Shown here: positions 42,634 to 53,353 of the stretch, piece after piece
Layout: each line of letters opens with the position of its first letter
How positions within the stretch are numbered: the first letter of the stretch is position 1
Assembly (NCBI GenBank): GCA_028023455.1
Contig: JAQFVV010000006.1
Coordinates: forward strand, 7,192,001 to 7,256,000
DNA length: 64,000 nt
Origin: Epiperipatus broadwayi
Lineage: Eukaryota > Animalia > Onychophora
Direction: 5' to 3'
Made by a program: the position numbers and the translations under genes
Notes under the pieces: generated by a model
The model's input: the letters and a program-made list of their open reading frames with translations, nothing else
Databases searched by the model: none
What the model was told of the DNA's origin: nothing

Positions 42634-45600
42634 AAATGTAAATGAGAACTGAGTTTCCATTCATGCACAAATGGATGTGTGCAAATACTAGTAATCATAT
42701 TGTAAGTTGCTCAGGAGGCTATATGATATTCAATCGTCCTATTGTCAGAGTGAATATTCGACAGATAATCCAAATCAAGTTTTTTTTTAATGTTATTTGG
42801 CTGAGAATCAGTTCTGGAATTTTCAGATCTAAATTCACCATTCTGCCTTTGCACTAAACCACATGATGAATTTGTGCAAAAGTGAGCTTATTGCTTCAAT
42901 TTGTATAATGGCGATTATGTAAAGCCGAGGAGGTGATAACTTAATTTTCCCCAATCTTTGTAACCTTCCAAGCTAGAAGTATAGAGTATTGCTTCGTAAC
43001 TGTTATTAAACCTCTACCTCTGCCATTCAATCTCCTGTTGCCATTATGGCAAATAGATCAAAATTATTTCACACAATATTCCCCTGGCCCATTCTACATA
43101 GTAAACAAGCTTCATTTGACTAAATTAATGGCAAAGAAGAAAAGTCAAATACATTTCAATGGGTTTACAAGTACCATTTTCAGTTTTGCAAATGAAAAGT
43201 CCAATCTGGTCATGAAGATGTATGAAAATTCCTCTCTGATTTTTTTTATATCAAGCAGTATCAACCACGACATATTTAGCCTTCACATTCCCGTTTAATT
43301 TTAATAGCTTCCGGCAACTAAGCAATGCCAATGATCACATGACAGCCCTATGAATCATGACAATGTCACGATCAGTTTATGTACTTTTTGGTTGTTCAAT
43401 GATAAACCTTAAAGCACCATCTATGCAAAATTACCATAATGTCTGTCCTCATGATAACTTGGTCAGTATGTACATACTATCATCAATGCTGAGAAGTGAT
43501 AAGAAATGTTTTTTAAAAGTGCCATAAGATGGCTCTCTTTTATATGGTGTTGATATTTAGAATAGCCTAAATAATACAGTTTAAATAATATCAAAAAAGT
43601 ATTTTAACATATTATTAAAAAAAAAAACAGCATAAATTATATTTATGTAAATATATATATGGAAGTGCAATTTACAAGAGCCTTGTAATGTAATGGTTGA
43701 CATAACATGCCACACCTGTCATCTGGGATTCAAATTTGCACCAGGTACATCTTTGAAATTTTCCTGGTTATGAGAGATTGCAAAATTTTTCTAACAGGTG
43801 GCTGACCTATAGATAAACTATCTGTTTGTTTAATTACTGGTTAGAAAATAAATATCTGCGTATTTTTAGATATAAAGTAAAATCTTAAATCATTATCATT
43901 TGGAAGGTGGTATGTTTGGAGAGCAATATGTCTTTTCTATTCAATTCGGAAGGGCTATCTGCAAGGTCTTTGATTTAAAATGGATTGCTTAGAAGCTTAA
44001 TTATCCACTTTCGCACAACTGAAGACTAAAATACCTCTTTTTTTAAAAATAAGATCAAGAATTAACGAAATTAATGAATATATTAATTGATAAAATATTT
44101 CTTCTTGTCCCAAATGTTAATTAAAAGCTTGATGTGTGCCACATATCACAACCAATAGAATTGTTTGGGACAATTACAAGTCAAAAATATTTTGCATATC
44201 AATTTCAACAGATTTTATTGGAAGATAATTCAGTTTACATTCCTTTTCAATATATGAGAAGTAATCGACCGTGATAGTAACCATAGCGTCTAACGAATGG
44301 ATAATTTTATAACGATATAAAGAATTTTCAAAAATATCACATAATTTGTTTCAACAATGTATAAACTGGCTAATGCCAATTTGTTTAAAGTAATATATGT
44401 CCTAAAAAGACATTTGTGTGCATTGACTGTACATCCAGAGATCCAAATTTTAATCTAAGATATCATTATCTCTACCTGAAATTTTATAAGCAAAAAAATC
44501 CATGGTACTTGAGTGTTAGACCTGCAATGTAGGAGAGATGGTACATCTTTTCACATTCACAATAAATATGTAATTTTATGATCATGTCAAATTTAAATGA
44601 AACAAACCCTGTGATGTTATCCAATCACATTTGAAAACGTGTTTCTCTTTATCAAAATGTGTTTTTTTTTTCAGACATTTTCAGTTATTGGCCACATTTT
44701 TTTCTGACAACAGCTTTCATTTCAATTGCACTTTTACTTCATTGAAGTATTTCTACATTATTTCTACTTCTGAGTTTTTTGATTTTAAGTGTGTAAGTAT
44801 ACAGTATCCTTTTGATTTTCTTTTCATAACTTCCTAATGCCAGTTACGACTATTTTTGCATGAACTGCAGATATAAACTTCATGAATCCAGCAACTGCAG
44901 TTCACACACAAAAGCTGCAGTGAGGGAAATTAAGGCAACACCATATTTGTGCTGCATAGATTGCATAAAAAATGACATGTTCATTTGCATACTGAGCGAT
45001 ATAAAAAAAATTTTCTGCCAGAATGAAAAGTTAATTAAAGTTTTGTCATTTATATTTCTTTATTTGTGTGAATTTTTTTTTTTTTTTAATTCATTTATTA
45101 GCAATTCTGTGGAAAATTCCATTCAGCCGATAGACTGCGCAATCATATTTTCAGTAAAACTTCATTTTGGGATGAAAATTTTCAGTCGAGGCTTCCATTT
45201 TGTGTCAAAAATGTAAATGCCAAATTGTTTGTCTCAACGCGAAAATTCCTGTTATATATTCGATGGTAAATAGTGTATATATATATATATTATGTTTTTT
45301 TATAAATAATATTTAAAAAAATAATAATTTGATGATTGTTTAGTCTGTATTTAAAGTAACGTTTTGGTACCAGAATAATGGCGTTTTGTATTTTACATAT
45401 TTTTGGGCCGAGAAAATGTATTTTTTAAAATCGGCTTCTTTTTTATTTTTGTGAAATTCATATCTTTAGTTTTGTTATAAATTTTACGTGAAAGTCATAT
45501 ATATTTTTCTGGATGGCAAATCAATTTTTTTTTTTTAATGTTTTTTTGTTAATATCGATTTACTATTATTATAAAATTTTAAACTTATTGTATAAAAATA

Positions 45601-45809
45601 GTGTATATTAATGTATGGCAAATCAATTTTTTTTAAAAAATGTTCTTTTTAATATTGATTTTTTGCTCAAATTCATATATCTTTATTATTGTTATAAATA
45701 TAAATTTTACTCCATTTACTATTGTTATAAATTTTATACTTTTTTGTGTGAAAATCATATATAATTCCACTCAATATTGTATACTTTTAGTTGTGTGAAA
45801 GTGATATTT

Positions 45810-46077
45810 TTAGTCCTGCAACAAGGAGCATGTATTAGACTGTTATGTCTTTTCACATACATATTCAACCTGCCAATAACTTTGTAAATCTTGCAAAAAT
45901 ATCAAGTACACAATCCATGAATGCGTTACTTTTAAGCAAATCTTGTGAAAATATAGTGTACAAGATTCATGTACACATTATTTTGGTCAGATTACAAGAT
46001 TACAAAGTTATCAGCAGATTGATACAAATGTGAAAAGGCATAGCATGTCTAATACATGCTCCATGTTGCAGGACTAA
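45810..46077. repeat. Inverted repeat (about 105-bp arms)
   Basis: ttagtcctgcaacaaggagcatgtattagac ... gtctaatacatgctccatgttgcaggactaa. Confidence 0.88.
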
Positions 46078-46454
46078 TACTCAAGTACCAAATGCATTTT
46101 CCTCAACTCTCATTTTCTCCCAATCTGTAATTACCAACTCATTCTTTCAGTATTAACATATCTCTTCCTTCTCTTATCTCATTTTAATAAAAGCTGTTTC
46201 ATAAATTTTAATACATTTCCTCTTATTCCCAATTCTTGTCTTAAAGGCTTAAAATAAAACCAAAAAATTGTCTATTTTTTTCACTTTCTTCACCTTTATG
46301 TTTCTCTTATTCTTCAAACAATTATTCTTAAATCTCTTCCAATATTTTAAACTGTCTTTCTCATTTCAGTAGATATATCACAATTATAATCCAAATTTGT
46401 AACCAATTTTTGCCTCCTTTTCTTGAAATCTGCATTAAATAACAATACCTTTTA

Positions 46455-47132
46455 ATAAATTCATGCTTTCAAACTGATAGAAATGTGTTTGATAAGTGCT
46501 GACTTTAGAGCAGCCCTTCACTGAAGTGAGCCATTAAGCTCAAACCAGCTGGTCTCTGGAGATGGGAATACACCAGAGATTTTGAATTCTATCTCTTTCG
46601 GCGCTTATATAAACAATGCTTGTTTGGAACTATTGGTAAAGCTCCATCGAGTGATCATAAAATACGAGCTTAAAGGCGAGTTATGAAATTTATAACTTGT
46701 TTTAATTATCATAAGTGTACCACTGAAGGTTTTTGCAATGCTGTATATTTCAGAGGCTTTTACTATATGGTGAAACTGAACTGAATTCAGACCCATATAG
46801 CTATCTAGTTTGTTAAACTGGGTTTGAAGACATTAAGTGTCTGATAAATTCATGCTTTCAAATTGATAGAAATATGTTTGATAAGTGCTGACTTTAGAGT
46901 TGGTATTTAGATCTAGTTTCTAGTCTCCCAGCCCTTCACTGACATGAGCCAATAAACTCGAAACCAGCTGGTCTGGAGGTGGGAATACATGATAGAGATT
47001 TTGAATTCTATCTCTTTTGGCGCTTATGTAAACAAAGCTTGTTTGGAGCTATTGGTAAAGCTCCATCTAGTGATCATAAAATGCAAACTTAAAGGCAAGT
47101 TACAAAATTTATAACTTGTTTTAATTATCATA
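46455..47132 (+). repeat. 389-bp direct tandem repeat, each unit with a degenerate hammerhead motif (46516-46560 and 46934-46985)
   Basis: Units start at 46455 and 46844. Motif CUUCA-CUGA(A/C)(G/A)U-GAGC..(G/A)CUC-GAA-ACCAGCUGGU-C-UGGAG has a 10-bp palindromic stem III. Confidence 0.75.
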
Positions 47133-47447
47133 TATATATATATTATTCTTATGACACATTAAACTATTTTTTAAAATTCATATTCCATATATCTAATTCT
47201 TTTTCTCTAACCAATTTATCTATACTCTTTTCTCACCTTTTATAATTATGCAAATATAATATATTTTATACATCAATCAGATGTACCCAATCTAAACAGG
47301 TTGTGTTTTTTTTTTTAAATTGGTTGTTTTAACAAATATTTTTGTAGATTTAATGTAAATTAAAAAAAAAATTAATATTATATAAATAAATGTGAGAATT
47401 GTACACTGGCCTTACAGCCATCATTTCAATTTAAATTATATACTCAC

Positions 47448-47800
47448 CAAAACTAAATGTGAATACATTATTATAGCAACAACTTTTTTTCCCGTCACTA
47501 AATATCATTTCAAACATGAATTTATGTAATGTATTTACATTTTCTTCATGATTTAAATACTATACCTTTACAGTCAAAAGCACATGGACTATTTTTTTTC
47601 TGAGCATTTTTTTATTAACGGCGACTTGCTTCCATAAATGTAATAATAACACTAACCAAAACTAAATGTAGATACGGTACTATAGCATGTGTTTTCTTTC
47701 CCTCATTAAATATCACCTTTCAAACATGAATTTTTGTGCTGTAATCACATTTCCTTCATGATTTAAATACTATACTCTGTAGTTAAAAACACATATACTG
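47448..47800. repeat. About 140-bp diverged direct repeat (period about 200)
   Basis: caaaactaaatgt...ttcaaacatgaattt...ttcatgatttaaatactatac occurs twice. Confidence 0.85.
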
Positions 47801-47934
47801 ATTTTTGTCAGACCATAATTGTAATATTTTTTTTAAAATTAATTGTGAATTTGACATGTGACAGCCTTATGGACAAACATTCATACATTTACCAACCAAA
47901 TCAGACAACAGAGAAAATCGAGATTTTATTATAT

Positions 47935-48346
47935 CAATAGTGGGCAAACTGCAGTTCAGTAGCTTATGTGGCTTCTGAGACAATATTGGGATTTATTGCC
48001 ATTTCTCTTAAACTTTTACATTAATAATCTACAATGTATAGTATATAACCACATTAAAACATTTTATTTATAAATGCATTAAAAATGTAAAAAAAAAATG
48101 TTTTGAAACTTTAATTTTTTACCTTTTAAATGTTACCTGTCAGAAAAGTTAACGTGTATTTTATTATTGTATTTGATTATTTGGGCGTTTGATGAGGTAT
48201 AGGGCTAATATATATATATATATATTTGTATTTTTTTATTATTTATAAATACAATTTTAAAATATTTTCTGCAATCTTTAAACATTCAAAAATGTATAAA
48301 AATTATTCTATGTGGTTCTTATGAACGAAGAATTTGCTCACCCCTG
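47935..48346. mobile_element. Degenerate hAT MITE
   Basis: 5' caatagtgggcaaactgcagttcagtagcttatgtggct and 3' atgtggttctt...aatttgctcacccctg. Confidence 0.5.
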
Positions 48347-48541
48347 CTCTACGCATTTGTTCCAAATAAGTAGACTCTGGTTGTAAAATCTTTCCAATAC
48401 ATTATTAATAATCTATTTAATTCGTAATTTCATAATACAAAAGTCCTCCTGGTGAGTAGAGGCTGCACCCCACCCCCTTCAAATTAAAACCCAAATACAA
48501 ATAATGTGATTTCAGTTAATATATATGTGTGGAAGTAAAAT

Positions 48542-48784
48542 AAGCAGTCCGTTAATAATACAGATGATTTGTACCACTGAAATGTTAAACATTTTAGGGC
48601 AGGTTGTTGAACATGATTATCAATGTGTAAGTATTGGTGAGTGCAGGAGATAATAAATATATGTATACAAACATAAAATATTTATATTATTCTTAAAAAT
48701 AATTGATAATCATGTTCAACAACCTGCCCTAAAGTGTTTAAGATTTCGGTGGTACAAATCACCCCCATTATTAACTGACTGCTT
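48542..48784. repeat. Inverted repeat (about 83-bp arms)
   Basis: 48542-48624 is inverted to 48702-48784. Confidence 0.9.
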
Positions 48785-48869
48785 GCCTCCTTAATGACAT
48801 TTTATTTTTTTGACAATGAAGTTAATGTTAAAGGTGAAAAGCGAATACAAAAAGATAATAATTATCTAC

Positions 48870-48922
48870 CTTTACTTGTCAACAGTTGTGCTTGAGAATG
48901 AAGTAACCTCTCTTTAAAATGA
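48870..48922 (-). CDS. BLTP2: BLTP2 exon (phase 2-1): HFKERLLHSQAQLLTSK
   Basis: Acceptor ttgtacttag and donor gtagat. 53 nt. Bridges the phases of both neighbours; HFKE aligns to CFKD. Confidence 0.75.
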
Positions 48923-49350
48923 CTAAGTACAATTAAAAAAAAAAACGGATTTAATATTGAATGTACCAATATTGCATTATTATCGTTAATATTCTATAAT
49001 TATTTCTAGTCTTAAGAATGTGTATGTGAATATATATATATATATATTGAAGCACTTAACGAGCAAGATAGGTGTGTATGCAGATAATATAGTATTAATA
49101 ATTTCTTAAGTAATATAAAGAGTCATTGTACAACGACAAAATATTTTTTCTTAAATATTTATGCCCTTCTTAGTGTAATGTAATTGTAATCTATTTTAAG
49201 CCTTCAATTTACATCACACACATAACAATATCTATTGTTTTTATAAACTATTAGGAATTTTAAACTTCTCTCTCGATATTATAATATATAAAATTAAAAG
49301 CGTGTGAAGCACTTGAAAGGGAAGCTATAGAGAGTGCAAAAAATGTTAAA

Positions 49351-49391
49351 TGCTAAGCGCTTTCGAGGCCATTTGCCTCATATTCATAGCG
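49351..49391 (-). ncRNA. Variant hammerhead motif (A3-U8), inverted partner copy
   Basis: Minus strand GCU-AUGAAUA-U-GAGGC AAAUG GCCUC-GAA-AGCGCU-U-AGCA. Confidence 0.7.
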
Positions 49392-49587
49392 ATAATGCGA
49401 AATGCAGAACAGAGAAATAAAGGCGACATCAAAGGGAAAATTAGAGTAGCGTACTTCATTAATGGCAACAATAACTCTATCAATAGACGTGACACCTGCT
49501 TTGACATTTCCAAACATTGGGCTATCTAAATCATTTGCATATACTTTGCATGTCGCCTTTATTTCTCTGTTCTGCATTTCGCATTAT

Positions 49588-49628
49588 CGCTATGAATATG
49601 AGGCAAACGGCCTCGAAAGCGCTTAGCA
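49588..49628 (+). ncRNA. Variant type I hammerhead ribozyme motif with A3-U8 core
   Basis: (C)GCU-AUGAAUA-U-GAGGC AAACG GCCUC-GAA-AGCGCU-U-AGC(A). Stem II is 5 bp with G10.1-C11.1; stem III is the palindrome AGCGCU; stem I is 3-4 bp. Confidence 0.7.
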
Positions 49629-49754
49629 TTTAATATTTTTTGCACTCTATAAAATTATGAAATAACTATACAATACATATATTTAAAAAATCTACATTAA
49701 TTAAATAACTTGAAAAACAGGCATTCTTCACATACCTGGAGCTTAATTGTAAGT

Positions 49755-50292
49755 ATAGGGGATTTGAACTCAGACTTTCAAGCACCCTTCAACTATCCAC
49801 ACTTTCTCAGACAACTGATACACATGACCGCACACATTCAGAAAAGATAAAGAATCACCAATATACATATTTTATGCTGAACCAGCACTCATCAGTTGGT
49901 CTAGATTATCATTTCCCACATATATATGTAATCAGTGCTCAGTTTACATTAAGATAGCAAGTCATCATACTTTATGGACAGGTCCCAATCTACTCCAATC
50001 TCCAACTCTTCAGCCATCCATACCATTGAAAATCTGATGATGGAAAGCTCAAATACCAAGTTGATGCCATTAAAGTATGACGATTTCCTATCTTAATATA
50101 AACTGAGCACTGATTATATATAAGTGTGGGAGATGATAATCTGGACCAACTGATGAGTGCTGGTTCAGCATGAAATACTTATATCGGTGATTTATCTATC
50201 TTTTCTGCATGTGTGTCATCATGTGTATCAGTTGTATGAGATAGTGTGGATAGGTGAAGGGTGATTGAAAGTCTGAGTTCAAATCCCCTATA
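49755..50292. repeat. Family P fold-back element (about 222-bp arms)
   Basis: 49755-49976 is inverted to 50066-50292. Confidence 0.95.
50145..50188 (+). ncRNA. Minimal type I hammerhead motif, family P
   Basis: ACCAA-CUGAUGA-GUGCU GGUUC AGCAU-GAA-AUACUUAU-A-UCGGU. Inverted partner at 49857-49900 (-). Decayed copies at about 597-645 (-), 9815-9870 (-) and 10094-10138 (+). Confidence 0.72.
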
Positions 50293-51032
50293 TCCACATT
50301 AATTAAATAAACTCTGGAAAATATACAAGTTTTTTTTTTTTTTGCTCATTGCTAACTATTGAAGAAGATTTTACAATTAGTTTTGCAACAGCTCTCACCA
50401 ATCAGCAATCTTTTGGCTGAGTTCGAGTCCTTTGTAGTTTCTCTTGGCTGTAGATTTCTGATCTCTTCAGATTTTTATTTAAAACTAATAAATTAATATA
50501 TTTTAGTTCCAATTTCTGCTGACAAAATGAATGAAAAAAATAGGTAAAATAGTGTTACAGATAACGGCAGAAGCATGAAGGAAAGCTGAAGTTCTATCAG
50601 CACCATCTCTAAATAATTGTATGTATTAATGAGTTAGCTAAAAAAAAAACTATTTTAATCTGACAGACAAGTATTTGTGATTTTTTCCCCATGATGTAGT
50701 CATACTTTCATCATATAATTTTTATAAGGACTCTCTATAAAGGTCTAGTAATATGAAATGAGAATGCTTTTAGAATAAATTAGGCAAATGTTCAGGGCCA
50801 TCTTAATCTGATAGGACACTTGGGGTGACATCCCAGAGCCATTTAAATAAACAAAGGCCCAAAACATAATTCAAGATTTGAAATTCTACAATGTGGATTA
50901 CATTTCTGCTGTAAAACCACTTACTTTCAAATACAATTTCTACTCTTTTGGATTTAATAAAATAAAATAATGAGCATGTTAATAGCTTTATCCACAAATG
51001 CTGCAAGAAAAAGCATTTAAAATTTCTATCTA

Positions 51033-51100
51033 GAAATTATCCCCATTCCCAAACTGGTTTCAAGCTATTGGCTCTCCTCAGTGAGGCATTAGGATATTTC
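51033..51100 (-). ncRNA. Family A hammerhead motif
   Basis: CCUCA-CUGAGGA-GAGC CAAUA GCUU-GAA-ACCAGU-U-UGGGA, with distal stem I aauaucc/ggaua. Confidence 0.6.
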
Positions 51101-52980
51101 AGACCCTAGATCTAAAATACCAATTCAAGGCCAGCACTTAGTAGAAAAATCCAGCTATCTAACTTAAATCTAAACAAGAAATTGGGAAAGCTATTTTATA
51201 TAAACAAGAAAAATTATGATTTCAATCATTTTATTTCGTTGTGACTTTCATTTTCTCATACATTTTGCTTCTTTGTGTCTTTCATTCTTCTATACTTTCT
51301 ACTATCTGTAAATACCATAAAAAATTTTTCAAGCCTTTGGGAACCCCCTGTGAGGATGCTATAACTCTCAAGGGTCTGCAGATAAATAAATAAAAGGTAT
51401 TAAATACCATTAATATTCATAAATTATATGTGCACTTCATCAATTCATTTTCAAATGTCTTATTTTGAAAAGACCTCGATTTTTATGTCAGTCAATTAGC
51501 GACTTGATTAATTAAAATCATTCAAACATTTTCAACAGTTCTTTTTTTAATTCTTGAAGAACTCTGCAGTTTAATTTCTTGTTTGTTTACAAAGAGATCG
51601 CATCTTTGTTTACTTTTAAACATAAAACATTTATAATTCAAAGCGATTGGATTTAATCACTTAATCTGGTAACATTTTAAATCTCATTATATTATAAATT
51701 ATTATTTTGTGAAAACCAAAATAGAAACTAATTTCCATTCTAAATTATCTTTCTAAAACAATCTGATTACTTAAAGCTAATCTAATAGCTACAGGAAACG
51801 TATCTTAATTACTCTATCCCTTCCCCTCCCCCGCCACGTTCTATCTCCTCGAGATATCATTGGGTTATATGAATAAATAATAAGATATAAAAGGAGAATC
51901 TTTTTTTTTTTTTTTATTTTGTCTTAAATTTACTAAGTCGATAATTAATTAAAGATTTCCAAATAACCTTCATAAATATTTATTGTACGCAACTCGATCT
52001 TGATTTCCGGAATTTATTTCGTAGAGATCAAACAATTTTTACATTCAGAGACAAAACCTTAACCCCTAATCAAATACCGGGCTGAGATAATGTACGTAAT
52101 TTGCATAATGCGCACAGTACTCGCGCGCGCGAGTGTGTGTATACATATATAACGTTTTTCATAATGGAAATCTAAAGATCACTAAAAGTAATAAAACTTA
52201 CTGTTTTTAAAACTAAATTAGGCTTTTTTTTTTTACTAAATCGAATGGCTAATTAATTGCTCAGAAGTTTCTAAAAAATTCGAATACTGAACTAGAACGC
52301 GACCTATGAACTTTGAACTCTGGAGTCATAAATGTAATTTACAAATAAAAAAACATCTTTTAATTAAAAAATTGTAAGTACAGAACGATATATATATATA
52401 TAAAACAATAGAAGAGCGTTATTGCTGTGAGTTCATAAGAAGTTTAAGCGCCGAAAGTACGACAATTGGAATGATTCTAGACTCGTAGGCAGCCGAACCT
52501 GATATTCCACCAAGGCACTAAACCACGCATACATAAGTACAAGTCGATCCATGTTAGCATGAAATATAGATTTACAATATTTTTTTCCATATAAATTGAA
52601 TTGCACATTAAAAGAGAAGCAATATAAAATCAAATAAAGCATATAATTTGATTATATATATATATAAAAATGTGCAATGTCAGTTTGTTAATTATATTGA
52701 GAATGATCGGATAAACATATATCTACATAAGCAACGAGGTTTATTTAACAAATAAGTCTGCGTGAAAATAAATAAATAAATATTCAAATGACTGATAAGA
52801 ATACTGAGAGACTGAAGCACCACCACTGGAATCGATCTTAGGTCACCATGTTTCAAAATCTCCATTCTACCACTGTACTAAACTACACAGGGCTTTAAAA
52901 ATAATGATAGTGTTGATCAAGTAAAAAATTCTGACTTGAGATTGTCTTTTAAATAACAAGCGGATTAGTACTTAAATTCT

Positions 52981-53353
52981 GTTGTTAAAACAGACAAAAC
53001 TCACTATATGTATTGCCACACACAGCAAGCTAGAGTAAGCAATAGATGCCAGAAGGCTTATACGTATTGCCACACACAGCAAGCTAGAGTAAGCAATAGA
53101 TGCCAGAAGGCTTGTGCATAAAATCCCCATCTAGTGCGTACTCATCCAAAATTCTCAGACTAGTTTCTGGCTTGTGGCCTTCGTCAGTGAGGAGCCTTGG
53201 ATCTGAGACCACTGCACCTAGAAATTAGGTCTGGGATATTGGATGAGTAGGCACTAGATGGTGATTTTATGCACAAGGCTTCTGGCATCCACTGATTACT
53301 CTAGCTTGCTGTGTGTGGCAATACATATAGTGAGTTTTGCCTGTTTTAACAAC
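52981..53353. repeat. Family H fold-back element with an internal 50-bp tandem duplication (53010-53059 and 53064-53113)
   Basis: Left arm 52981-53158 and right arm 53229-53353 are inverted. Confidence 0.93.
53153..53192 (-). ncRNA. Minimal type I hammerhead motif, family H (best-preserved copy)
   Basis: CCUCA-CUGACGA-A GGC CACAA GCC A-GAA-ACUAGU-C-UGAGA. Distal stem I auccaa/uuggau; palindromic stem III ACUAGU; GUC cleavage triplet. Confidence 0.75.

Larger units (their letters stand above)
49331..49648. repeat. Fold-back element, about 104-bp near-identical arms, 109-nt spacer
   Basis: 49331-49434 is inverted to 49544-49648. Confidence 0.97.
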
